Made by a program: the position numbers and the translations under genes. This document shows, one piece after another, positions 5,748-13,787 of a stretch of 32,000 bases of DNA (position 1 is its first letter; each line of letters begins with the position of its first letter). This DNA is from Candidatus Electrothrix yaqonensis (GTDB lineage: Bacteria; Desulfobacterota; Desulfobulbia; Desulfobulbales; Desulfobulbaceae). The notes below the pieces were generated by a model. That model saw only the letters and a list, made by a program, of their open reading frames with translations, was not told the origin of the DNA and made no database searches. The DNA lies in the NCBI GenBank assembly GCA_047651235.1, contig CP178758.1:540001-572000 (forward strand), read 5' to 3'.

Positions 5748-7523
5748 ATGCCGCCCGCAGAACATTCCTGTATCCTTCCTCCACCCATGAGCGCAGCCGA
5801 AACTGCCGGCAGCCGGAAACTGGCCGCCGAGCTTGGTCTGTCCGGGATCGGTGCCCGACTGCTCTGTCAGCGGGGCATGACGACCCCGGAAACAGCCGGT
5901 CCCTTTCTTTCCCCCCGGCTGGAGGAACTGCCGTCGCCGTTGCCCATGAAGGGGCTGTCCGATGCTGTTGACGTGCTGGCGGATGCAATTCTTTCCGGTC
6001 AGCAGATTGTGATTCACGGCGATTACGATGTTGACGGCATTACCGCCACCGTGCTGCTGGCGGATTTCCTTGCCCGGCTCGGTGTGGAGGCGGTCCGGCA
6101 TGTGCCCAATCGGCTGACTGATGACTACGGCCTGACCATGCAGTCAGTGGCCGGGCTGGCCGAAAAGGTAACCATGCCTGCTCTGCTGATTACAGTGGAC
6201 TGCGGCATCTCTTCTCCTGATGAGGTCAGCTACGCCAAAGAACTGGGCTTCAGCGTCATCATTACCGATCACCATCAGCCCTCCACTGATCCGGCCCGAA
6301 TGCCTGTTGCTGATGCGGTGCTCAATCCCAGGCAGCAGGACTGCCCGTTCGCCTGTAAAGAACTTTCCGGGGGCGGGGTGGCTTTTTTTTTGATCATGGC
6401 CCTGCGCCGCAGGATGGTGGAGCAGGAGTTCTGGACCAGGGAAACTATGCCCAACCTGCGGGATTACCTGGATCTGGTCGCCCTGGGCACGGTCGCCGAT
6501 GTCATGCAGCTGACCGGAGTGAATCGGATTCTGGTCCGGGCCGGGCTTGAGGTGCTCAGCGAGCGCCGCCGTCCTGGAATCCGGGCCCTGTGCAGACAGG
6601 CGGGCCTGAACGACGGCAATGTTTCCTCCGAAGATATCGCTTACCAGCTGGCTCCGAGGATCAATGCGGCCGGAAGGCTGGGCACGCCGCAGCTGGCTGT
6701 TGATTTGCTTATGAGTCCTGCGGAGGAGGCGACCGGACTGGCTCAGGAACTGGAACAGGCCAATATCCTGCGCCGGGAACTGGAAGCAGCCGTGCTTGAC
6801 CAGGCGGTTCAGCAGGCCGAGGCGCAGATCAGCAGGGGGCAGGACTGCCTGGTGCTCTGCGGCAGGGACTGGCATGTGGGGGTGATCGGCATTATCGCCT
6901 CCAGAATGGTGGACCGCTACCGGCTGCCTGTGCTGGTTTTTACCGGCGATACCCCGCTGTTTTCCACGGACCAAGGCGAGGTGCCAGTGGTAAAGGGGTC
7001 GGGCCGCTCTGTTGAAGGGCTGAATCTCCATCAGGTATTGGAGCAGTGTCAAGCCCGGATTCTCCGTTTCGGCGGTCATGCGATGGCTGCCGGTCTGACG
7101 GTGCGGAAAGATGAGTTTGAGGCATTTTGCACTGTGTTCAATGATTGTATTCGGACGGCGGAACGCAGAGAACTGCACCCGGGAGTCATCATTGATGCAG
7201 TCCTCAATGAACAGGAAGACTGCCGGGAGCTGCTGCGCGATCTGCAGCGCATGGAACCCTTTGGCGAGGGCAATCCGGAACCGGTTTTTCTTCTGCAGAA
7301 TATCCGGCTGGAAGAAGTCTATCAGCTGCGCGAACATCTGAAATTTTCCGTACGGATTAACGGCAGCCGCCTCAGCGGAATTGGTTTTTTTATGGCTGAG
7401 CAGTATGGGCAGGCAGCCTCCGGCAGGGTTGATTTGGGCTTTAAATTGAAAGAAACCTGTTTCCGGGGCAGAAAACGGCTGGAAGCCCATGCAGTTGCTG
7501 TCCGATCATCGGAGGCAGGGTGA
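5748..7523 (+). CDS. recJ: Single-stranded-DNA-specific exonuclease RecJ
   Basis: DHH motifs IVIHGDYDVDGITA and ITDHH, then a DHHA1-like region GGHAMAAG. The ORF is open from TTG 5688. ATG 5748 or ATG 5787 are the likelier starts, and the choice is uncertain. Confidence 0.9.
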   Translation: MPPAEHSCILPPPMSAAETAGSRKLAAELGLSGIGARLLCQRGMTTPETAGPFLSPRLEELPSPLPMKGLSDAVDVLADAILSGQQIVIHGDYDVDGITATVLLADFLARLGVEAVRHVPNRLTDDYGLTMQSVAGLAEKVTMPALLITVDCGISSPDEVSYAKELGFSVIITDHHQPSTDPARMPVADAVLNPRQQDCPFACKELSGGGVAFFLIMALRRRMVEQEFWTRETMPNLRDYLDLVALGTVADVMQLTGVNRILVRAGLEVLSERRRPGIRALCRQAGLNDGNVSSEDIAYQLAPRINAAGRLGTPQLAVDLLMSPAEEATGLAQELEQANILRRELEAAVLDQAVQQAEAQISRGQDCLVLCGRDWHVGVIGIIASRMVDRYRLPVLVFTGDTPLFSTDQGEVPVVKGSGRSVEGLNLHQVLEQCQARILRFGGHAMAAGLTVRKDEFEAFCTVFNDCIRTAERRELHPGVIIDAVLNEQEDCRELLRDLQRMEPFGEGNPEPVFLLQNIRLEEVYQLREHLKFSVRINGSRLSGIGFFMAEQYGQAASGRVDLGFKLKETCFRGRKRLEAHAVAVRSSEAG

Positions 7524-8305
7524 GAGCTATACCCTTTCTCCTTGCCGTCTTTCTTTTCCTGTCCGGTGCATCTCCTTTACTCGGCAGGAGCGAGGTGCCC
7601 AGCCCGGCTCAGTTTTCCTATAAAATTGTTCACGAGTATCCTCATGATCCTAATGCATTCACTCAGGGCTTGGTCTGGGATGAGGGAACGATGTATGAGG
7701 GCACGGGGCTGCATGGACGGTCTTCCCTGCGCCGAGTTGACCTGCTCTCCGGTCGGGTGGAGCAGCAGCGGAACTATGAACGGCAATATTTCGCCGAAGG
7801 CATCACGGTTTTCCGGAATACGATCTATCAGCTGACCTGGAAAAACAGTCGGGTGTTCCTTTATGCAAAAAAAGATTTTTCCCTGCTCGGCTCACGGTCG
7901 TATCCCCGGCAGGGCTGGGGCATCACTCATAACGGCCGGCAGCTGATTGCCAGTGACGGCACGGCACATCTTTATTTCCTCGATCCGGCAACCTTGGTCG
8001 AGCAACGCAGGATCTTAGTGCAGGATGATCAGGGCCCTGTGAATCGCCTCAATGAGCTGGAATATGTCCGGGGATCGGTGTATGCCAATGTCTGGCATAC
8101 AGACCGAATTGCAATAATTGATCCGGAAACCGGTGTTGTTTCCGGCCAGCTTGACCTTACCGGTCTGTCCGCCAGGGCAGGGGAGAAGAAAAAAATCGAC
8201 GTGCTGAACGGGATCATGTATGATGCGGTGCATGACAGGCTATTTGTCACCGGAAAGCTCTGGCCTTCTCTTTTTGAAATCCGGGTGATTCCTGCTGCAG
8301 AGTGA
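7520..8305 (+). CDS. Glutamine (glutaminyl-peptide) cyclotransferase, beta-propeller type, secreted
   Basis: YPHDPNAFTQGL, GRSSLRRVDLLSGRV, QLTWKN, GWGITHNG, LNELEYVRGSVYANVW and IIDPETG match the plant/bacterial Glu_cyclase_2 pattern. It has an N-terminal signal peptide. The GTG start overlaps the recJ stop. Confidence 0.85.
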   Translation: MRAIPFLLAVFLFLSGASPLLGRSEVPSPAQFSYKIVHEYPHDPNAFTQGLVWDEGTMYEGTGLHGRSSLRRVDLLSGRVEQQRNYERQYFAEGITVFRNTIYQLTWKNSRVFLYAKKDFSLLGSRSYPRQGWGITHNGRQLIASDGTAHLYFLDPATLVEQRRILVQDDQGPVNRLNELEYVRGSVYANVWHTDRIAIIDPETGVVSGQLDLTGLSARAGEKKKIDVLNGIMYDAVHDRLFVTGKLWPSLFEIRVIPAAE

Positions 8306-8479
8306 CTTGTACCGTATCCGGCCTGTCGGCTGTTCAGTCTTGTCTTCTCCTCGGCGGAAGAGAAAATAACCTTTTCCGCTGCCGGTATTTGCTTTTCCTC
8401 CGTATCAGTGATAATATGCTGCCCATCGTTGTTGAGCCTGTAGAGTTTTCCGAATAATCAGACACCAAAGGAGTTACCT

Positions 8480-9952
8480 ATGTTCGACCAGGACATTCCC
8501 CCGGCGTATACTTTTGATGACGTCCTGCTCGTCCCGTCAGCTTCGGAAGTGCTGCCGTCCGAGGTTTCCCTTGTAACCCGGCTTACCGATACGGTGTATC
8601 TCAACGCCCCGCTGGTTTCTGCAGCCATGGATTCGGTAACGGAACATCGTACGGCCATTGCCATGGCCAGAGCAGGCGGTATCGGCATCATCCATAAAAA
8701 TATGTCCATTGCTGATCAGGCCAGAGAAGTGGAGCGGGTCAAAAAATCGGAATCCGGCATGATTATTGATCCGGTCACGGTGACGGATCAGCAGCGTGTT
8801 GCCGAGGCCGAAGAAATCATGGAGATGTATAAAATTTCCGGCCTGCCTGTGCTCCGCAACGGGAAACTGGTGGGCATTGTCACCAACCGGGATCTCCGTT
8901 TTGTCTCCAACAGTGACCTGCGGGTTGCCGATGTGATGACCAGTAAAAATCTGGTTACGGTGCATGAGGGAATCAGTCTTGATCACTGCAAGGCTCTGCT
9001 TCATGAGCATCGGATAGAAAAGCTGCTGGTGGTGGATGAACGGAAAAATCTGAAAGGATTGATTACGATAAAGGATATTGAAAAAATCAAGAAATACCCG
9101 AATTCGGCCAAAGATGTCAACGGTCGGCTGCTGGTCGGGGCCGCTGTCGGCGTGAGTTCAGATATGCCGGACCGGACCGAGGCCCTGGTCTCCGCCGGTG
9201 CAGACGTTATTGTCTTGGACTCCGCCCACGGTCACTCTGCCGGTGTGCTGCAGGCGGTCCGCGAAATCCGGGCCGGGTGGCCGGATCTTTCCGTCATTGC
9301 CGGAAATGTCGCGACAGCAGAGGGGACTGCCGCCCTGATTGAAGCCGGTGCCAATGCGGTGAAAGTGGGGGTCGGCCCCGGCTCCATCTGCACCACCAGA
9401 ATTGTTGCCGGAGTCGGCGTCCCCCAGCTGACCGCCCTGCAGAACGCCACCAAAGTAGCTGTTGAAAAAGGCATTCCCATTATCGCTGACGGCGGCATCA
9501 AATTTTCCGGTGATATCTGCAAGGCCATTGCCATCGGCGCGGACTGCGTGATGGTCGGCTCCCTGTTTGCCGGAACAGATGAAACCCCCGGAGAGACCTT
9601 TCTCTATCAGGGGCGCAAATATAAAGGGTACCGGGGCATGGGATCACTCAGTGCCATGAGCCAGGGGTCCGGGGACCGGTATTTTCAGAAAAAAGAAAGC
9701 GAACCGGCAAAACTGGTCCCTGAAGGGATTGAAGGCAAGGTTCCCTATCGGGGGCCTATTGCCGAGGTGATCTATCAGCTACTGGGCGGACTGCGGGCCG
9801 GTATGGGCTACAGCGGCGCAGGGAGTATCGGCGAGCTGCATAAGCGGGCCAAGTTTGTCCGTATTTCCCCGGCCGGGCTGCGCGAGTCCCATGTTCATGA
9901 TGTAATCATCACCCGTGAGGCGCCGAACTATCGGATCGAGAGTCTGTATTAA
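8480..9952 (+). CDS. guaB: IMP dehydrogenase
   Basis: [22 protein letters not shown], a CBS pair region, the catalytic loop [12 protein letters not shown], and [14 protein letters not shown]. Confidence 0.97.
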   Translation: MFDQDIPPAYTFDDVLLVPSASEVLPSEVSLVTRLTDTVYLNAPLVSAAMDSVTEHRTAIAMARAGGIGIIHKNMSIADQAREVERVKKSESGMIIDPVTVTDQQRVAEAEEIMEMYKISGLPVLRNGKLVGIVTNRDLRFVSNSDLRVADVMTSKNLVTVHEGISLDHCKALLHEHRIEKLLVVDERKNLKGLITIKDIEKIKKYPNSAKDVNGRLLVGAAVGVSSDMPDRTEALVSAGADVIVLDSAHGHSAGVLQAVREIRAGWPDLSVIAGNVATAEGTAALIEAGANAVKVGVGPGSICTTRIVAGVGVPQLTALQNATKVAVEKGIPIIADGGIKFSGDICKAIAIGADCVMVGSLFAGTDETPGETFLYQGRKYKGYRGMGSLSAMSQGSGDRYFQKKESEPAKLVPEGIEGKVPYRGPIAEVIYQLLGGLRAGMGYSGAGSIGELHKRAKFVRISPAGLRESHVHDVIITREAPNYRIESLY

Positions 9953-9971
9953 TTTTTTTCCATGATTATTC

Positions 9972-11516
9972 ATGCATAACGAAACTATTCTTATTCTGGA
10001 TTTCGGTTCCCAGACGACCCAGCTCATTGCCCGGCGTATCCGGGAACAGAAGGTCTATTCCGAAATTCACCCCTATACGCTTCCCATTGAGCAGCTCAGG
10101 GCCATGCAGCCTTCGGGCATTATTCTGTCCGGCGGTCCGGCCTCGGTGTATGATGAAGATGCACCGATTTCCTCGCCTGAAATTTTTGAACTCGGTATTC
10201 CTGTCTTGGGTATTTGTTATGGTGCCCAGCTTATGATGCAGCAGCTCGGCGGTCGGGTGGAGCAGGCCGAGAAACGGGAGTTCGGCAAAGCAGAACTGCA
10301 GATCAGCTATACAGCCGGTCTGTTTGCCGGTCTGGAACCTGCACCAGCCCATCATCAGGTCTGGATGAGCCACGGAGACCGGATTGAAGAGGCTGCACCG
10401 GGCTTTACTGCCAGTGCCGGAAGTGAACATTCTCCCTTTGCCGCCCTGCGGCATGAGGAAAAGCTCTTTGCTGCTGTCCAGTTTCACCCGGAAGTGGCCC
10501 ATACGCTCATCGGCACGGATGTGCTGCGCAATTTTATCTTCGGCATCTGCGGCTGCGAAGCCAGCTGGACAATGCACTCCTTTATTGAGACAACCGTAGC
10601 CGAGATCCGGGAGACCGTGGGGAATGATCAGGTGCTCTGTGCCCTGTCCGGCGGGGTTGACTCCACAGTAGTCGCTGCGCTGGTGCATAGGGCGATCGGC
10701 AGCCAGCTGACCTGTATTCACGTCAATAACGGCCTGATGCGGATCAACGAAAGCGAGACCGTGCTCCGTTTCTTCCGGGAAAAGATGGATCTCAAGGTAA
10801 TTGATGTTGATGCGAAAGGTTACTTTCTTGAACGCCTTGACAGCATTGCCGATCCTGAAGAAAAGCGGAAACGGATCGGGTACGGCTTCATCGAAATTTT
10901 TGAGCAGGAGGCAGGCAAACTCGGCGAGGTCAAGTATCTGGCTCAGGGCACGCTCTATCCGGACGTGATTGAGTCGGTGGTGTTCCGGGGCAAAGCGCCC
11001 ATTAAGTCGCACCATAATGTGGGCGGCCTGCCGGAGCGTATGCAGCTGCAGCTGATCGAGCCGCTCAGGGAACTGTTCAAGGATGAGGTACGGGAACTTG
11101 GACTGGAACTGGGCCTGCCGGAAGAGGCGATTTATCGGCAGCCGTTTCCCGGTCCCGGTCTGGGTATCCGCATCATGGGAGAAATCACCAGAGAACGGCT
11201 GAACATCCTGCGGCAGGCTGATGTGATTGTGCTGGAGGAAATGAAGAGTTCCGGCTGGTACCGTAAAGTCTGGCAGTCCTTTGCGGTCCTGCTGCCCATC
11301 CAGACCGTCGGGGTGATGGGGGACGGCCGCACTTATGAGCACGTCATCGCCATCCGCTCCGTGGACAGCCGCGACGCCATGACCGCTGACTGGTCCCAGC
11401 TTCCCTATGAGCTGCTGAGCAGAATTTCAACACGAATCATCAACGAGGTCAGGGGAGTGAACCGGGTTGTGTATGACATCTCCTCCAAACCGCCTTCCAC
11501 GATTGAATGGGAGTGA
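9972..11516 (+). CDS. guaA: GMP synthase (glutamine-hydrolysing)
   Basis: GATase domain ([26 protein letters not shown]), ATP-PPase loop LSGGVDSTV, and C-terminal [11 protein letters not shown]. Confidence 0.97.
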   Translation: MHNETILILDFGSQTTQLIARRIREQKVYSEIHPYTLPIEQLRAMQPSGIILSGGPASVYDEDAPISSPEIFELGIPVLGICYGAQLMMQQLGGRVEQAEKREFGKAELQISYTAGLFAGLEPAPAHHQVWMSHGDRIEEAAPGFTASAGSEHSPFAALRHEEKLFAAVQFHPEVAHTLIGTDVLRNFIFGICGCEASWTMHSFIETTVAEIRETVGNDQVLCALSGGVDSTVVAALVHRAIGSQLTCIHVNNGLMRINESETVLRFFREKMDLKVIDVDAKGYFLERLDSIADPEEKRKRIGYGFIEIFEQEAGKLGEVKYLAQGTLYPDVIESVVFRGKAPIKSHHNVGGLPERMQLQLIEPLRELFKDEVRELGLELGLPEEAIYRQPFPGPGLGIRIMGEITRERLNILRQADVIVLEEMKSSGWYRKVWQSFAVLLPIQTVGVMGDGRTYEHVIAIRSVDSRDAMTADWSQLPYELLSRISTRIINEVRGVNRVVYDISSKPPSTIEWE

Positions 11517-11587
11517 CAGCCCGCCGGAATACTCCGGACGTGCTGAAGACGACCAATTATGATCAATACCTTTATTTTATACTTTTT

Positions 11588-12367
11588 ATGTTAAAAACAG
11601 GAATATACGTAGATGCTGAAAATATTAAAATGAGCGGCGGGTACGGCATGCGCTATGATGTGCTGGTGGACATTGCCAACACAGACCCTTGGACCATGGT
11701 CCGGGCAAACTGCTACCTTGCCGAAGACCGGGAACGAACCAGCAAGGACCCGGAATACCGGCAGAAAGTTTATTATTATCATGATATCCTCCGGCAGTGC
11801 GGCTTTAAAGTCATCAAGAAATATGTCCGCCGCTATGAAGATGAAGACGGCAATGTGACCACCAAGGCCAATGCGGATATGGATCTGGCCATTGATGCTT
11901 TGCTCCAGGCCAGGAATCTGGACCGGATCATCCTGCTCACCGGTGACGGTGATTTTATCCGGCTGGTCACGGCTATGCAGAATATGGGCTGCCGGGTGGA
12001 TGTGATCGGTTTTCATAATGTCAGCCGGGATCTGCGGGAAGCGGCAGACTCCTATATTTCCGGTTTTCTTATACCCGGCCTGCTGCCCATTCATCATCCG
12101 GAAAATTTCAACGGGGAAGGAGAATGGCAGCGGGGAACGGTGGCCAATTTCAACCCGGACAGAGGATTCGGCTTCTTTCGCTTTTTTCGTCTGGAAAACA
12201 AAGACCTGAAACCGGAGACGGTTTTTTTTCATCTCTCCAAATCCACGCTGGAGGGAGATTATTATTTTCAGGATTCAACCCGTATTTTTGAATTCAGAAT
12301 TGTTGAAAACCCGGCCAATGACGGACGTTCAGAGGCATGGGATATTCGCCTTGTCCGGGAATCGTAA
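11588..12367 (+). CDS. NYN (LabA-like, PIN-fold) domain fused to a C-terminal cold-shock domain
   Basis: NYN pattern: GIYVDAENI ... NADMDLAIDAL ... ILLTGDGDFIRLV ... GCRVDVIGF. The C-terminal GTVANFNPDRGFGFF ... VFFHLS is CSD-like. ATG 11588 is preferred over 11507, which overlaps the guaA end and adds a non-homologous leader. Confidence 0.75.
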   Translation: MLKTGIYVDAENIKMSGGYGMRYDVLVDIANTDPWTMVRANCYLAEDRERTSKDPEYRQKVYYYHDILRQCGFKVIKKYVRRYEDEDGNVTTKANADMDLAIDALLQARNLDRIILLTGDGDFIRLVTAMQNMGCRVDVIGFHNVSRDLREAADSYISGFLIPGLLPIHHPENFNGEGEWQRGTVANFNPDRGFGFFRFFRLENKDLKPETVFFHLSKSTLEGDYYFQDSTRIFEFRIVENPANDGRSEAWDIRLVRES

Positions 12368-12397
12368 TGCAAACGGAACACGCAACGGAACAACCGG

Positions 12398-13453
12398 ATG
12401 AAACAACAAAAGCCTGCTCCTGTCATTCTTGCCGGTGATATCGGGGCCACCAAAACGGCTCTGGCCCTGTATGATATTACTGATATTGCAGGTGACAGTG
12501 CAGGCTCTCTGCTGCTGAAAAAGACATTCCGCAATACGGAGTTTCGTGCATTTCAGGAGGTGATCAGTGCTTTTCTTGCCGGACAGGAACGGCTGCCGAA
12601 GCGCGCCTGTTTCGGGGTTGCCGGTCCGGTCCGGGCAAACCGGGTTCAGATGACCAATCTGCACTGGACCGTTGACGGGGATGAATTTGCCGGGCAGTTC
12701 GGCATGGACAGGGTCCTGCTGGTCAACGATCTGGTGGCCACAGCAGCCGGGGCTGTTCAGCTTGCCGATGACGGTCTGATTCCCCTGAATCAGGGACAGA
12801 GGAAACCGGACGGCAGTATCGGCGTTCTGGCTGCAGGTACCGGTCTCGGCCAAGCCTTTGCCATGCCGGTCAATAACCGGCTTCAACCCTTTCCCACCGA
12901 AGGAGGCCATGCCTCTTTCGCGCCCCGCAATCAGGAGCAGATGGAGCTGCTGCAGTTTATGCTTGCCCGGCAGAAGGAACAAGCCACGGAACAGGCTCCG
13001 CATCTTACGCCGCACGTCAGCGTGGAGCAGGTCTGTTCCGGCATGGCCCTGCCTGACCTGTACGCCTTTATGTTGACCCGCTGCAGCGAGCCGGAATGGA
13101 TGCAGAAAACGCGACTGCAGACAGAACCCGACGACCTTGCCCCGCTCATCGTGCGTACAGCCAACACGGCTTTGCACGAAAGTCCCTCCTGTGAGCCTGC
13201 TGTGCGGGCTGTTCAGCTCCTTGTGGATATTCTTGCTGCTGAAGCGGCCAATCTCGCGCTGAAAGTCCTTGCCACGGGCGGCATTTTTCTCGGCGGCGGT
13301 ATGGTGACGCGGCTTCTTCCCTTTTTTACTCCGGAACGTTTTATGGCGATCTTCTGCCGCGGCATCTACCGGCAGATGCTGGCCGACATTCCGGTGCATA
13401 TCATTGTTGAGCCGGATACGGCCCTGCTCGGTGCCCGGCAGCTGGCTTGTTGA
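12398..13453 (+). CDS. glk: Glucokinase
   Basis: ILAGDIGATKTALALYD (ATP-binding N-terminus), FGVAGPV, LVNDL, and GTGLGQA match Glk-family glucokinase. Confidence 0.85.
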   Translation: MKQQKPAPVILAGDIGATKTALALYDITDIAGDSAGSLLLKKTFRNTEFRAFQEVISAFLAGQERLPKRACFGVAGPVRANRVQMTNLHWTVDGDEFAGQFGMDRVLLVNDLVATAAGAVQLADDGLIPLNQGQRKPDGSIGVLAAGTGLGQAFAMPVNNRLQPFPTEGGHASFAPRNQEQMELLQFMLARQKEQATEQAPHLTPHVSVEQVCSGMALPDLYAFMLTRCSEPEWMQKTRLQTEPDDLAPLIVRTANTALHESPSCEPAVRAVQLLVDILAAEAANLALKVLATGGIFLGGGMVTRLLPFFTPERFMAIFCRGIYRQMLADIPVHIIVEPDTALLGARQLAC

Positions 13454-13454
13454 T

Positions 13455-13588
13455 AATGCGAATTAGGAGTTAAAATTTATTGCGCAAAATCAGCAGGATA
13501 AAGATGCCAGATTCTACAGAATCGGAACGACTCTTCTGTAAATATCTGTTTTTACTGAGACCGGATAATCCAATTCCTAATTCGCATT
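13455..13588. repeat. 134-bp palindromic (MITE-like or structured 3' UTR) element
   Basis: AATGCGAATTAGGA (13455-13468) and TCCTAATTCGCATT (13575-13588) form perfect 14-bp arms. An inner imperfect pairing is cagat..tacagaa / ttctgta..atctg. The element starts 2 nt after the glk stop. Confidence 0.7.
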
Positions 13589-13700
13589 GATACGGGGCAA
13601 GATGAAGATGGTCACAAAGCTCGCCCAGTGCGATATGACCAAGATTTAGTGCGGCCAAGGGGAGGAATTGCAGGTCAGCTCAACTTACTGCGTTACAGGG

Positions 13701-13743
13701 TAAAAATGCAAAAAAGGAGATCAGGCCCGAAGGCCCAATCTCC
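13701..13743 (-). terminator. Rho-independent terminator of the DUF11-repeat gene
   Basis: On the minus strand, GGAGAT..GGCC-ttcg-GGCC..ATCTCC (13743-13716) is followed by TTTTTTGCATTTTT. Confidence 0.8.
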
Positions 13744-13787
13744 CTGCTGTGCTCACCAGTGGAGCTTAGCTGATTGTGAAGAGGTGC

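Noticed and set aside
5530-6101. ORFs 5530..5988, 5594..5971 and 5661..6101 overlapping the recJ 5' region.
   Set aside because: They are alternative frames or antisense of recJ and the RHS remnant, Arg/Pro-rich, and lack an SD or any family signal.
6144-7490. 448-aa minus-strand ORF antisense to recJ. Similar long antisense ORFs occur at 9966..11342 (guaA), 12329..13399 (glk), 19145..20086 (SBP), 20389..21912 (argC/truA), 24522..25406, 25548..26228 and 26535..27164 (pepN), and 27182..28354 and 28373..28921 (PPDK_N gene).
   Set aside because: Each lies entirely opposite a gene with clear family motifs. Their translations are Arg/Gly/Pro/His-rich and low in complexity, with no SD. Stop-poor antisense frames are expected in GC-rich coding DNA.
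13470-13658. 62-aa minus-strand ORF between glk and the DUF11 gene.
   Set aside because: More than half of it is read from the palindromic element. It has no SD and I recognise no family. It may be a gene remnant but is not supportable.
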